A DNA stretch of 64,000 bases, taken from NCBI RefSeq assembly GCF_036365525.1, contig NC_090383.1, forward strand, positions 119,476,531 to 119,540,530, read 5' to 3'. The notes below the pieces were generated by a model. That model saw only the letters and a list, made by a program, of their open reading frames with translations. It searched no databases and was not told the DNA's origin. Of the stretch, positions 22,590 through 35,869 are shown piece by piece; within the stretch, counting starts at the first letter, position 1; every line of letters begins with the position of its first letter. Source of the stretch: Heterodontus francisci. Taxonomy: Eukaryota. A program made the position numbers and the translations under genes.

Positions 22590-24245
22590 TGTGCTCAAGT
22601 CCTGTGTCCAACTCCAAGACTTGAACACGTAATGCAGGCTGACACTCCAGTGCAGTATGCGAGGGAGTGCTTTTTCCTTATTCGTTCATGGGATGTGGGC
22701 ATCGCTGGCTGGGCCAGCATTTTTTGCCCATCCCGAATTGCCCTTGAGAAGGTGGTGGTGAGCTGCCTTCTTGAACCGCTGCAGTCCATGTGGGGTAGAA
22801 ACGCCCACAGTGCTGTTAGGAAGGGAGTTCCAGGATTTTGACCCAGTGACAGTGAAGGAACAGCGATATAGTTCCAAGTCGGGATGGTGCATGGCTTGGA
22901 GGGGAACTTGCAGGTGGTGGTGTTCCCATTTATCTGCTGCCCTTGTGCTTCGAGATGGTGGAGGTCGTGGGTTTGGAAGGTGCTGTCAAAGGAGCCTTGG
23001 TGCGTTGCTGCAGTGCATCTTGTAGATGGTATACACTGCTGCCACTGTGCATCGGTGGTGGAGGGAGTGAATGTTTGTAGATGGGGTGCCAATCAAGCAG
23101 GCTGCTTTGTCCTGGATGGTGTCAAGCTTCTTGAGTGTTTTTGGAGCTGCACCCATCCAGGCAAGTGGAGAGTATTCCATCACACTCCTGACTTGTGTCT
23201 TGTAGATGGTGGACAAGCTTTGGGGAGTCAGGAGGTGAGTTACTCGCCGCAGGATTCCTATCTTCTGAACTGCTCTTGTAGCCACAGTATTTATATGGCT
23301 ACTCCAGTTCAGTTTCTGGTCAGTGGTAACCCCCAGGATGTTGATAGTGGGAGATTCAGTGATGGTAATGCCATTGAATGTCAAGGGGAAATGGTTAGAT
23401 TCTATTTTGTTGGAAATGGTCATTGCCTGGCACTTGTGTGGCGTGAATGTTACTTGCCACTTATCAGCCCAAGCCTGAATGTGAGCTAGGTCTTGCTGCA
23501 TCTGGACACAGACTGCTTCAGTATCAGTACGTTAATGGTGCTGAACATTGTGCAATCATCAGCGAACATCCCCATTTCTGACCTTATGATGGAGGGAAGG
23601 TCATTGATGAAGCAGCTGAAGATGGTTGGGCCTAGGACACTACCCTGAGGAACTCTTGCAGCGATATTCTGGGACTGATATGATTGACCTCCAACAACAA
23701 CAACCATCTTCCTTTGTGCTAGGTATGACTCCAACCAGCGGAGGGTTTTCTCCCATTTCCCATTGACTCCAGTTTTGCTAGAGCTCCTTGATGCCACACT
23801 TGGTCAAATGCTGCCTTGATGTCAAGGGTAGTCATTCACGTCTCACATCTAGGGTTCAGCTCTTTTGTCCATGTTTGTATCAAGGCTGTAATGAGGTCAG
23901 GAGCTGTGTACTGCAGTCTGTGCTGGGTACTGAGATGTTTGCAGATGAGACGTTAACTGAGGCCCCATCTGCCCTCTCAGGAGGATGTAAAAGATTCTAT
24001 TGCCACTATTTTGAAGAAGAGCAGGGGAGTTTTCCCCGGTGTCCTGGCCAATATTTATCCTTCATTCAACATCACCAAAACAGATAATCTGGTCATTATC
24101 ATATTGTTATTTGTGGGAGCTTGCTGTGCACACTTGGTTGCCATGTTTCCTACAACAGTGACTAGATTTCAAAAATACTTCATTGACAGTAAAGCGCTTT
24201 GGGACATCCAGCAGTTATGAAAGGTGCTATATAAATGCAACTCTT
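22590..24245 (+). mobile_element. Deu-type SINE split by a LINE insertion (halves ~22590-22670 and ~23905-24245)
   Basis: SINE head/core stops at GAGGGAGTGC and resumes at GATGAGACGTTAACTGAGG. Confidence 0.7.
22672..23900 (-). mobile_element. CR1-clade LINE 3' 1.2 kb (RT C-terminus)
   Basis: VPQGSVLGPTIFSCFINDL..FADD; WADKWQVTF..YKTQVRSVMEYSPLAW; frameshifted. Confidence 0.9.
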
Positions 24246-25149
24246 TTTATCTATCTCTGTCCATTGGTTTGTCTCTCTCTCTTTCTATCTTTGTATATCT
24301 ATCCCTCTATATCTAACTTTTTCTGTGCCTCTTTCTATCTCTGCCACTCTATCTCACTGTAATCCTCTATCTAACCCTCTAGCTCTCTATCCCGTTATCT
24401 CTTTCTACCTCTCTATATAACATTATCTCCTTTATCTCTATTAGATGTATTGGTCTGTATTGCGCTTTGCTGATTGGTGGAATGCATTTCATTAACAGGA
24501 TTGTCAACCAGTGAAATTGCAAATTTGATTGTGGCCCAACCAATGTCTGATCATTCCGATTGGTCCAGTTTGTTTCATTGGCGGCTCTGTGGACCATAAT
24601 GATGAGAGTTCGCCAAGAACCCAACCAATAGGGAGACACGGTGCAAAATAACATTTGACAGTGTGACAGTCCTTTTGTCAAATTTGAACAAGATCTTATA
24701 TTGAATGTTTATAATTCAGGTCAGTCGCACTGTTACTGTCCCTGAGGGGTTATAGCTGGGCTGTCGGAGATCTTTACCCCTCTTTAAAAACAAAATGAAA
24801 ATTTAGCGATGGAAAGAAAAGTGTGTGTGATGTGAAACAGTCTCATTTGCTGTGAATCAATTTCGCAATACTAGTGAAGACCAAACACAGTCTGCATTTA
24901 TATCGTGACTTTAATGTAGTAAAAAGTCCCAAAGTGCTTTACAGTAGTGTTATCAGACCAAAATTCACAATTGAGCCAAAGGATAAGATATTAGGACAGG
25001 TGATTAAAATCTTTCTTCCTGTAATATCACACATTAATGAGGAATTTCATTGAGATGAACATCACTTTGCTGTGTGTCAACGGACCGAAAAATAATTGTG
25101 AAGTTTGTCCATGAGCAGCTTTGCTACTTGAATTGTTCTTTTCTTTCAG

Positions 25150-25340
25150 ACGCTGGTTGAAACTGTCTCCTGTGGAGGAAATCTCTTAATGAACATTGGG
25201 CCCACTCACGATGGACGGATAGTCCCTATCTTTGAGGAGAGACTGAGGCAGATGGGGCAGTGGCTACAAGTAAATGGAGAGGCGATATACAGTACAAAGC
25301 CCTGGAGAAATCAGAATGACACCATCACTCCCGGAGTATG
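25150..25340 (+). CDS. FUCA2: FUCA2 exon 5 (191 bp)
   Basis: Hand translation [64 protein letters not shown]; TTTCAG|A acceptor, TG|GTAGGT donor. Confidence 0.97.
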
Positions 25341-25411
25341 GTAGGTGACTAAAGAAAACAGCATGGGATGGGGTTTTAGATGAAAAACATTACTGTCAAG
25401 GAGTGCAACAT

Positions 25412-28400
25412 ATTGTGTCAGCTGTGGCTCAGTGAGTAGCATTCCTGTGGCTGAGTCAGAGGGTTGTGTTTTCAAGTTCCACTCCAGAGACTTGAGCACA
25501 AAACCAGTACTGAGGGAGTGCTGCACTGTCAGAGGGGCAGTACTGAGGGAGTGCTGCACTGTCGGAGGGTCAGTACTGAGGGAGTGCTACACTGTCGGAG
25601 GGTCAGTACTGAGGGGAGTGCTGCACTGTCAGAGGGGCAGTACTGAGGGAGTGCTGCACTGTCGGAGGGTCAGTACTGAGGGAGTGCTGCACTGTCGGAG
25701 GGTCAGTACTGAGGGAGTGCTGCACTGTCAGAGGGTCAGTACTGAGGCAGCACTGCACTGTCGGAGGGTTAGTACTGTGGGAGTGTCGCACTGTCGGAGG
25801 GTCAGTACTGAGGGAGTGCTGCACTGTCGGAGGGTCAGTACTGAGGGAGTGCTGCACTGTCGGAGGGTCAGTACTGAGGGAGCGCTGCACTGTCGGAGGG
25901 TCAGTACTGAGGGAGCGCTGCACTGTTGGAGGGTCAGTACTGTGGGAGTGCTGCACTGTCGGAGGGTCAGTACTGAGGGAGTGCTGCACTGTCGGAGGGT
26001 CAGGACTGAATGAGCGCTGCACTGTCAGAGGGTCAGTACTGAGGGAGTGCTGCACTGTCGGAGGGTCAGGACTGAGGGAGAGCTGCACTGTCAGAGGGTC
26101 AGGACAGGGAGCGCTGCACTGTCGAAGGGTCAGGACTGACGGAGCGCTGCACTGTCGAAGGGTCAGGACTGAGGAAGTGCTGCACTGTCAGAGGGTCAGT
26201 ACAGAGGGAGCACTGCACTGTCGGAGGGTCAGGACTGAGGGAGCGCTGCACTGTTGGAGGGTCAGGACTGACGGAGCGCTGCACTGTCGAAGGTTCAGGA
26301 CTGAGGAAGTGCTGCACTGTCAGAGGGTCAGTACAGAGGGAGCACTGCACTGTCGGAGGGTCAGTACTGAGGGAGCGCTGCACTGTCGGAGGGTCAGGAC
26401 TGAGGGAACGCTGCACTGTCGGAGGGTCAGGACTGAGGGAGCGCTGCACTGTTGGAGGGTCAGTAGTGAGGGAGTGCTGCACTGTCGGAGGGTCAGTATG
26501 GAGGGAGCGCTGCACTGTCGGAGGGTCAGTACTGAGGGAGTGCTACACTGTCGGAGGGTCCGTACTGAGGGAGCGCTGCACTTTCGGAGGGTCAGTACTG
26601 AGGGAGCGACGCACTGTCGGAGGGTCAGTACGGAGGGAGCGCTGCACTGTCGGAGGGTCCGTACTGAGGGAGCGCTGCACTGTCGGAGGGCCAGTACTGA
26701 GGGAGCGCTGCACTGTCGGAGGGTCAGTACTGAGGGAGCGACGCACTGTCGGAGGGTCAGTACTGAGGGAGTGCTGCACTGTCGGAGGGTCCGTACTGAG
26801 GGAGCGCTGCACTGTCGGAGGGCCAGTACTGAGGGAGCGCTGCACTGTCGGAGGGTCAGTACTCAGGGAGTGCTGCACTGTCGGAGGGTCCGTACTGAGG
26901 AAGTGTTGCACTGTCGGAGGGTCAGTACTGAGGGAGTGCCGCACTGTCGGAGGGCCAGTACTGAAGGAGCGATGTACTGTCGGAGGGTCAGTACTGAGGA
27001 AGTGTTGCACTGTCGGAAGGTCAGTACTGAGGGAGTGCCGCACTGTCGGAGGGTCAGTACTGAGGAAGTGTTGCACTGTCGGAGGGTCAGTACTGAGGGA
27101 GTGCCGCACTGTCGGAGGGCCAGTACTGAAGGAGCGATGTACTGTCGGAGGGTCAGTACTGAGGAAGTGTTGCACTGTCGGAAGGTCAGTACTGAGGGAG
27201 TGTTGCACTGTCGGAGGGTCAGTACTGAGGGAGTGCCGCACTGTCGGAGGGTCAGTACTGAGGAAGTGTTGCACTGTCGGAGGGTCAGTACTGAGGAAGT
27301 GTTGCACTGTCGGAGGGTCAGTACTGAGGGAGTGCCGCACTGTCGGAGGGTCAGTACTGAGGAAGTGTTGCACTGTCGGAGGGTCAGTACTGAGGGAGTG
27401 CCGCACTGTCGGAGGGTCAGTACTGAGGAAGTGTTGCACTGTTGGAGGGTCAGTACTGAGGGAGTGCCGCACTGTCGGAGGGTCAGTATGGAGGGAGCGC
27501 TGCACTGTCGGAGGGTCAGTACTGAGGGAGTGCTACACTGTCGGAGGGTCCGTACTGAGGGAGCGCTGCACTTTCGGAGGGTCAGTACTGAGGGAGCGAC
27601 GCACTGTCGGAGGGTCAGTACGGAGGGAGCGCTGCACTGTCGGAGGGTCCGTACTGAGGGAGCGCTGCACTGTCGGAGGGCCAGTACTGAGGGAGCGCTG
27701 CACTGTCGGAGGGTCAGTACTGAGGGAGCGACGCACTGTCGGAGGGTCAGTACTGAGGGAGTGCTGCACTGTCGGAGGGTCCGTACTGAGGGAGCGCTGC
27801 ACTGTCGGAGGGCCAGTACTGAGGGAGCGCTGCACTGTCGGAGGGTCAGTACTCAGGGAGTGCTGCACTGTCGGAGGGTCCGTACTGAGGAAGTGTTGCA
27901 CTGTCGGAGGGTCAGTACTGAGGGAGTGCCGCACTGTCGGAGGGCCAGTACTGAAGGAGCGATGTACTGTCGGAGGGTCAGTACTGAGGAAGTGTTGCAC
28001 TGTCGGAAGGTCAGTACTGAGGGAGTGCCGCACTGTCGGAGGGTCAGTACTGAGGAAGTGTTGCACTGTCGGAGGGTCAGTACTGAGGGAGTGCCGCACT
28101 GTCGGAGGGCCAGTACTGAAGGAGCGATGTACTGTCGGAGGGTCAGTACTGAGGAAGTGTTGCACTGTCGGAAGGTCAGTACTGAGGGAGTGTTGCACTG
28201 TCGGAGGGTCAGTACTGAGGGAGTGCCGCACTGTCGGAGGGTCAGTACTGAGGAAGTGTTGCACTGTCGGAGGGTCAGTACTGAGGAAGTGTTGCACTGT
28301 CGGAGGGTCAGTACTGAGGGAGTGCCGCACTGTCGGAGGGTCAGTACTGAGGGAGTGCCGCACTGTCGGAGGGCCAGTACTGAAGGAGCGATGTACTGTC

Positions 28401-28600
28401 AGAAATAGTACCTTTTGGTTGAGACGTTAAACAGAGGCTTGGCTTCCCCTCTCAGCTGGATGTAAAAGATCCCATAACACGTTTGGAAGAAGAGCAGGGG
28501 CATTCTCTCTGGTCTCATGATATTTATCCCTCAACCAACATCATTGGAAGTTTAATTGGTCATTTATCTCATTGTTATTTGGGATCTTGCTGTGTAACTG
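25412..28600 (+). mobile_element. Deu-type SINE hosting the 33-bp minisatellite
   Basis: tRNA-like head 25412-25505 (TGGCTCAGTGAGTAGC..TTCAAGTTCC); SINE core resumes at ~28400 (GAGACGTTAAACAGAGG..AAAGATCCCA). Confidence 0.8.
25505..28402. repeat. Minisatellite, 33-bp unit CAGTACTGAGGGAGTGCTGCACTGTCGGAGGGT, ~88 copies
   Basis: Visible array in FUCA2 intron 5; explains the 11-aa-repeat ORFs. Confidence 0.98.
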
Positions 28601-28995
28601 CAAATATCCATGCAGGAAACTGATCTGTTGCATTTCAAACCCAGTGCCCAATTCTGAAGGGGGCAGACAAGAGTCCTTGGAACAGGGTGAAAAGTTAAGC
28701 ATGCCTTTCAACTATTTCTCTCTCCCAGTATTTTGATCTGCTTACCTCTCACAGGAACAGGAAGAGGCCGTTTATCCCCTCGGGTCTGTTCTGCCATTCA
28801 TCTGCGACTTAACTCCATACACTCACCTTTGTCCCTTATCCCTGAATAGCTTTGGTCTCCTATCTTGGCGATGGTACTGGTTACCTGGGCATCAGTTTCC
28901 ACTATTAATGTGTGAGGCTGGACACTGAGGTTCAACACAGTTTGTCAACTGTTGGAGGCATTTTATTTTCTGATAATGGATATCTGTTTTGCCAG

Positions 28996-29104
28996 GTATA
29001 CATCTGCACCAGAGGATGGGATAATTCATGCAATATTCTTCACCTGGCCAAAATTGGGATTTCTGATCCTCGGCACCCCCTACGTTACAGCAGGGAAAAC
29101 AAAG
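28996..29104 (+). CDS. FUCA2: FUCA2 exon 6 (109 bp)
   Basis: YTSAPEDGIIHAIFFTWPKLGFLILGTPYVTAGKTK; GCCAG|G acceptor, AAG|GTTCGA donor. Confidence 0.93.
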
Positions 29105-29219
29105 GTTCGAATTATTTAATATTTCATAATTGAGTGATATTAGATTAAGACATTCCGCACGACTGAATCCGACTTTCATACTGTTGAGGTTATGCGTGTG
29201 TTTCATCTTTATTTATAAG

Positions 29220-29360
29220 GTAAACCTCATTGGATTCTCTGAGCCTCTGCAATGGGAGACGTTTGGAGATCAGGGACTGCTTGTGGTGCTGCCGAGACTC
29301 AACATCGGACAACTACCCTGTCAGTGGGGCTGGACCCTGAAACTCAGTAATGTAGCTTGA
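29220..29360 (+). CDS. FUCA2: FUCA2 exon 7 (141 bp coding, to TGA)
   Basis: VNLIGFSEPLQW..LPCQWGWTLKLSNVA*; the joined CDS from 15658 is 1401 nt = 466 aa with no internal stop. Confidence 0.95.
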   Translation, partial: VNLIGFSEPLQWETFGDQGLLVVLPRLNIGQLPCQWGWTLKLSNVA

Positions 29361-30017
29361 TCAAGTATCAAATGACAATCAAATGACAAGGGTTATTGTA
29401 CTGTGTGACTGGTGGCTGGTGTCTCAGTGATTAGACAAAATTCATTCCTTTTCTTCTCTCTTGTTTTGTTTAACCCTTCATTTCGGGCATTAGAAATTTC
29501 AGTTACTGAGAAAAAAAGTTGTAGTTTTAACAGATGTGGAAACTGATTTTGCTGGTGCGGTGAGGATGACGCACAATTAATCTTTTCATCCTCCCTTCTT
29601 TATCTACATTCATGTAAAATGTCACACTTGCCTCAGGAGGTGTGGCTGCACTCACGTTGCCAGGTTAGAGATGCAGAAAGCCATTGCAGGATTCTGTATG
29701 GTGGCTGCATTGTTAGTTGTCTCACTGACAAGTCTCTGTCTTAGATCACAGCAAGGCAGTGTGAGTATGACCCATGCACAGAGCAAGCAAGTGAAAGACT
29801 AATTGTTTTGACCTGATGTTTAACCATGGGTGGGTGCAAAGGTCAGAGGGGACAGTTCTTTGGAATAGAAATTCGTCTCAGGTGTTAGTTTAACACAGAT
29901 GTTAGTGCATTAACCCCTATTGTAGGCCTGGCCCGGTATTCAGGTCCAATGTCAGCGAGTGTGTAACAGGCAGTTAATCCAAACTGCCCATGACTAATAT
30001 TTACCATAATGAGTGCT

Positions 30018-33000
30018 AACTCAACAACAATAGTTTACATTGAGATAGTGCCTGTAATTCAGAAAAAACGTCCCAAGGTGCTTCAAGAAGCTTTAGTAGA
30101 CATATATGATACCAAGACATATAAGGAGAAATTAGGACAGGTGACCAAAAGGAGGAGAGAGAATTAGGGAGACGGAGAGGTTTAGGGAGGGAATTCCAGA
30201 GATCAGGGTCCTGGCAACTGAAGGCACAGCCACCAATGGTGGAGCGATTAAAATCAGGGAATTGGAGGAGTGCAGAGTTCTTGGATGGTTGGAGTTGGAG
30301 GAGATTACAGAGATAGGGACAGGTGAGACCATGGAGGGATTTGAAAACAAGGATGAGAATTTTAAAATTGAGGCATTGCTGGACTGAGAGCCAATGTAGG
30401 TCAGCGAGCACAGGGGTTATAGGGAATGGGACTTGGTGTTTGTTAATGTAGGTCAGTGAGTACAGGGGTGATAGGGGAATGGGACTTGGTGTGTGTTAAT
30501 GTAGGTCAGTGTGTACAGGGGTGATAGGGGAATGGGACGGTGTGAGTTAATGTAGGTCAGTGAGTACAGGGGTGATGGGGAATGGGACTTGGTATGTGTT
30601 AATGTAGGTCAGTGAGTACAGGGGTGATAGGGGAACGGGACTTGGTGTGTGTTAATGTAGGTCAGTGAGTACAGGGGGTGATAGGGGAACGGGACTTGGT
30701 GTGTGTTAATGTAGGTCAGCGAGCACAGGGGTGATAGGGGAATGGGACTTGGTGTGAGTTAATGTAGGTCAGTGAGTACAGGGGTGATAGGGAACGGGAC
30801 TTGGTGTGTGTTAATGTAGGTCAGTGAGTACAGGGGTGATGGGGAATGGGACTTGGTGTGTGTTAATGTAGGTCAGCGAGCACAGGGGTGATAGGGGAAT
30901 GGGACTTGGTGTGAGTTAATGTAGGTCAGTGAGTACAGGGGTGATAGGGAATGGGACTTGGTGTGAGTTTATGTAGGTCAGAGAGTACAGGGGTGATAGG
31001 GGAATGGGACTTGGTGTGTGTTAATGTAGGTCAGTGAGTACAGGGGTGATGGGGAATGGGACTTGGTATGTGTTAATGTAGGTCAGTGAGTACAGGGGTG
31101 ATGGGGAATGGGACTTGGTATGTGTTAATGTAGGTCAGTGAGTACAGGGGTGATAGGGGAATGGGACTTGGTGTGTGTTAATGTAGGTCAGCGAGCACAG
31201 GGGTGATAGGGGAATGGGACTTGGTGTGAGTTAATGTAGGTCAGTGAGTACAGGGGTGATAGGGAATGGGACTTGGTGTGAGTTTATGTAGGTCAGAGAG
31301 TACAGGGGTGATAGGGGAATGGGACTTGGTGTGAGTTTATGTAGGTCAGTGAGTACAGGGGTGATAGGGGAATGGGACTTGGTGTGAGTTTATGTAGGTC
31401 AGAGAGTACAGGGGTGATAGGGGAATGGGACTTGGTGTGAGTTTATGTAGGTCAGAGAGTACAGGGGTGATAGGGGAACGGGACTTGGTGTGTGTTAATG
31501 TAGGTCAGTGAGTACAGGGGTGATAGGGGAATGGGACGGTGTGAGTTAATGTAGGTCAGTGAGTACAGGGGTGATGGGGAATGGGACTTGGTGTGTGTTA
31601 ATGTAGATCAGTGAGTACAGGGGTGATAGGGGAATGGGACTTGGTGTGTGTTAATGTAGGTCAGTGAGTACAGGGGTGATAGGGGAATGGGACTTGGTGT
31701 GTGTTAATGTAGGTCAGTGAGTACAGGGGTGATAGGGGAATGGGACTTGGTGTGAGTTAATGTAGGTCAGTGAGTACAGGGGTGATAGGGGAATGGGACT
31801 TGGTGTGAGTTTATGTAGGTCAGAGAGTACAGGGGTGATGGGGAATGGGACTTGGTGTGTGTTAATGTAGGTCAGTGAGTACAGGGGTGATAGGGGAATG
31901 GGACGGTGTGAGTTAATGTAGGTCAGTGAGTACAGGGGTGATGGGGAATGGGACTTGGTGTGTGTTAATGTAGATCAGTGAGTACAGGGGTGATAGGGGA
32001 ATGGGACTTGGTGTGAGTTAATGCAGGTCAGTGAGTACAGGGGTGATAGGGAATGGAACTCGGTGTGTGTTAATGTAGGTCAGCGAGCACAGGGGTGATA
32101 GGGAATGGGACTTGGTGTGTGTTAATGTAGGTCAGTGAGTACAGGGGTGATAGGGGAACGGGACTAGGTGTGTGTTAATGTAGGTCAGTGAGTACAGGGG
32201 TGATAGGGGAATGGGACTTGGTGTGTGTTAATGTAGGTCAGTGAGTACAGGGGTGATGGGGAATGGGACTTGGTATGTGTTAATGTAGGTCAGTGAGTAC
32301 AGGGGTGATAGGGGAATGGGACGGTGTGAGTTAATGTAGGTCAGTGAGTACAGGGGTGATGGGGAATGGGACTTGGTGTGTGTTAATGTAGATCAGTGAG
32401 TACAGGGGTGATGGGGAACGGGACTTGGTGTGTGTTAATGTAGGTCAGTGAGTACAGGGGTGATAGGGAATGGAACTCGGTGTGTGTTAATGTAGGTCAG
32501 TGAGTACAGGGGTGATAGGGAATGGGACTTGGTGTGTGTTAATGTAGGTCAGTGAGTACAGGGGTGATAGGGGAATGGGACTTGGTGTGAGTTAATGTAG
32601 GTCAGTGTGTACAGGGGTGATAGGGGAACGGGACTTGGTGTGTGTTAATGTAGGTCACTGAGTACAGGGGTGATAGGGGAATGGGACTTGGTGTGTGTTA
32701 ATGTAGGTCAGTGAGTACAGGGGTGATGGGGAATGGGACTTGGTATGTGTTAATGTAGGTCAGTGAGTACAGGGGTGATAGGGGAATGGGACTTGGTGTG
32801 TGTTAATGTAGGTCAGCGAGCACAGGGGTGATAGGGAATGGGACTTGGTGTGAGTTAATGTAGGTCAGTGAGTACAGGGGTGATAGGGGAATGGGACTTG
32901 GTGTGTTTTAATGTAGGTCAGTGAGTACAGGGGTGATAGGGGAATGGGACTTGGTGTGTGTTAATGTAGGTCAGTGAGTACAGGGGTGATAGGGGAATGG

Positions 33001-35095
33001 GACTTGGTGTGAGTTAATGTAGGTCAGTGAGTACAGGGGTGATAGGGGAATGGGACTTGGTGTGAGTTAATGTAGGTCAGTGAGTACAGGGGTGATAGGG
33101 GAATGGGACTTGGTGTGTGTTAATGTAGGTCAGTGAGTACAGGGGTGATAGGGGAATGGGACTTGGTGTGTGTTAATGTAGGTCAGTGAGTACAGGGGTG
33201 ATAGGGAATGGGACTTGGTATGTGTTAATGTAGGTCAGTGAGTACAGGGGTGATAGGGGAATGGGACTTGGTGTGTGTTAATGTAGGTCAGTGAGTACAG
33301 GGGTGATAGGGGAATGGGACTTGGTGTGTGTTAATGTAGGTCAGTGAGTACAGGGGTGATAGGGGAATGGGACTTGGTGTGTGTTAATGTAGGTCAGTGA
33401 GCACAGGGGTGATAGGGAATGGGACTTGGTGTGTGTTAATGTAGGTCAGTGAGTACAGGGGTGATAGGGAATGGGACTTGGTGTGTGTTAATGTAGGTCA
33501 GTGAGTACAGGGGTGATAGGGGAACAGGACTAGGTGTCTGTTAATGTAGGTCAGAGAGTACAGGGGTGATAGGGAATGGGACTTGGTGTGTGTTAATGTA
33601 GGTCAGTGAGTACAGGGGTGATAGGGAATGGGACGGTGTGTGTTAATGTAGGTCAGAGAGTACAGGGGTGATAGGGGAACGGGACTTGGTGTGTGTTAAT
33701 GTAGGTCAGAGAGTACAGGGGTGATAGGGAATGGGACTTGGTGTGTGTTAATGTAGGTCAGTGAGTACAGGGGTGATAGGGAATGGGACTTGGTGTGTGT
33801 TAATGTAGGTCAGAGAGTACAGGGGTGATAGGGAATGGGACGGTGTGTGTCAATGTAGGTCACTGAGTACAGGGGTTATAGGGCATGGGACTTGGTGTGT
33901 GTTAATGTAGGTCAGTGAGTACAGGGGTGATAGGGGAATGGGACTTGGTGTGTGTTAATGTAGGTCAGTGAGTACAGGGGTGATAGGGGAATGGGACTTG
34001 GTGTGTGTTAATGTAGGTCAGTGAGTACAGGGGTGATAGGGAATGGGACTTGGTGTGTGTTAATGTAGGTCAGTGAGTACAGGGGTGATAGGGGAACGGG
34101 ACTTGGTGTGTGTTAATGTAGGTCAGAGAGTACAGGGGTGATGGGGAACGGGACTTGGTGTGTGTTAATGTAGGTCAGTGAGTACAGGGGTGATAGGGGA
34201 ACGGGACTTGGTGTGTGTTAATGTAGGTCATTGTGTACAGGGGTGATAGGGGAACGGGACTTGGTGTGTGTTAATGTAGGTCAGTGAGTACAGGGGTGAT
34301 GGGGAACGGGACTTGGTGTGTGTTAATGTAGGTCAGTGTGTACAGGGGTGATGGGGAACGGGACTTGGTGTGTGTTAATGTAGGTCAGTGAGTACAGGGG
34401 TGATAGGGGAATGGGACTTGGTGTGTGTTAATGTAGGTCAGTGAGTACAGGGGTGATGGGGAACGGGACTTGGTGTGTGTTAATGTCGGTCAGTGAGTAC
34501 AGGGGTGATAGGGAATGGGACTTGGTGTGTGTTAATGTAGGTCAGTGAGTACAGGGGTGATGGTGAACGGGACTTGGTGTTTGTTAATGTAGGTCAGTGT
34601 GTACAGGGGTGATAGGGGAATGGGACTTGGTGTGTGTTAATGTAGGTCAGTGAGTACAGGGGTGATAGGGGAACGGGACTTGGTGAGTGTTAATGTAGGT
34701 CAGTGAGTACAGGGGTGATAGGGGAACGGGAGTTGGTGTGTGTTAATGTAGGTCAGTGAGTATAGGGGGTGATAGGGGAACGGGACTTGGTGTGTGTTAA
34801 TGTAGGTCAGTGAGTATAGGGGGTGATAGGGGAACGGGAGTTGGTGTGTGTTAATGTAGGTCAGTGAGTATACGGGGTGATAGGGGAACGGGACTTGGTG
34901 TGTGTTCGGACATAGGCAGCAGAGTTTTGGTTGTGCTCAAGTTTCTGGAGGGTGAAAGATGGGAGGCTGGCCAGGAGAGTGTTAGAATAGATAACTCGAA
35001 AGGTGGTAAAGTCTTGAACCTGGGTTTTAGCAGCTGTTGAGCTGAGGTAGTGGTGGAGTCGAATGATGTTACTGAGGTGGAAGCGGGAATTGTAC
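30018..35095 (-). mobile_element. L2-type LINE 3' fragment hosting the 53-bp minisatellite
   Basis: L2 peptide before the array (TKSRSPITP, 34861-35097) continues after it (LADLHWL..FKILILVFKSLHGL, 30016-30411). Confidence 0.85.
30393..34905. repeat. Minisatellite, ~53-bp unit AATGTAGGTCAGTGAGTACAGGGGTGATAGGGGAATGGGACTTGGTGTGTGTT, ~85 copies
   Basis: Visible 4.5-kb array with strong G/T strand bias. Confidence 0.98.
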
Positions 35096-35869
35096 AAATT
35101 TTCATAAACTCTTAATTTGAGCTGCCTAAATTAGCATAAATACCAAGTTAGTAAGTGTTTAATTGTTATCATTCTCAGGACTAAGTGTTTGTTCGCTATG
35201 TTAAATGTTGTAAGTTCAAAGTAATTGAAATCCTTGTTATTTTAAATGACCTCCTTACCCGATCTAGGCCTATATGTGACTCCAGTCACACACCAACATG
35301 GTTGTTTTAACTCTCCTCTGAAGCTGCCTAGAAATGGGCAATAAATGCCGAGTTTGTCAGTGATGTCACATCCCTAGAATTAGAAAAATGTTTGCAGAAA
35401 TAATGAAAGGAAGAGTTGGGAGGAGGGGTTAAGACAACATCCTGGGGAGAGCAGATGGTGGTGTGATGATGCATGGATAATTAACATGGCTTCTGTACCG
35501 CGACAATCTTTGGAGAATGAAAGCTTTTTGGGAGGAGGTAACACAAGTAGCACAGGGTCTGTGACCAGGGTGATGGTCTGTGGATGAAATGGATCAAATG
35601 GCCATTTTCTTGATGTATATCTTATTCAGGCCTGATCCTGTTACTGGCAGGGATTAAATCCAAAATTACTTATAGCTTTTCTCAGAGTCCTGCTGATTTC
35701 ACAAATCTGATTCATCAATGATATATATTTACTGGCAAAGAAACCATGGTGCATGTAATGTCAGAGTTTGAGAGACTCAGTATTCAGTGTAATTGGAATA
35801 ATTCTCCATTTAATTTCTACATGACTTGGATTGGTTCTCAGCAAAGGCTTACCCTAGTCACAACCCTCT

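Noticed and set aside
25432-28430. Very long ORFs (743, 654, 320, 276 aa) with Cys/His repeats resembling zinc fingers
   Set aside because: Translation of a 33-bp SINE-derived minisatellite in FUCA2 intron 5; open in several frames on both strands; no true C2H2 spacing.
15658-29360. Assignment as FUCA1
   Set aside because: Diagnostic segments ([33 protein letters not shown]), the 7-exon layout and the PHACTR2-like neighbour fit FUCA2.
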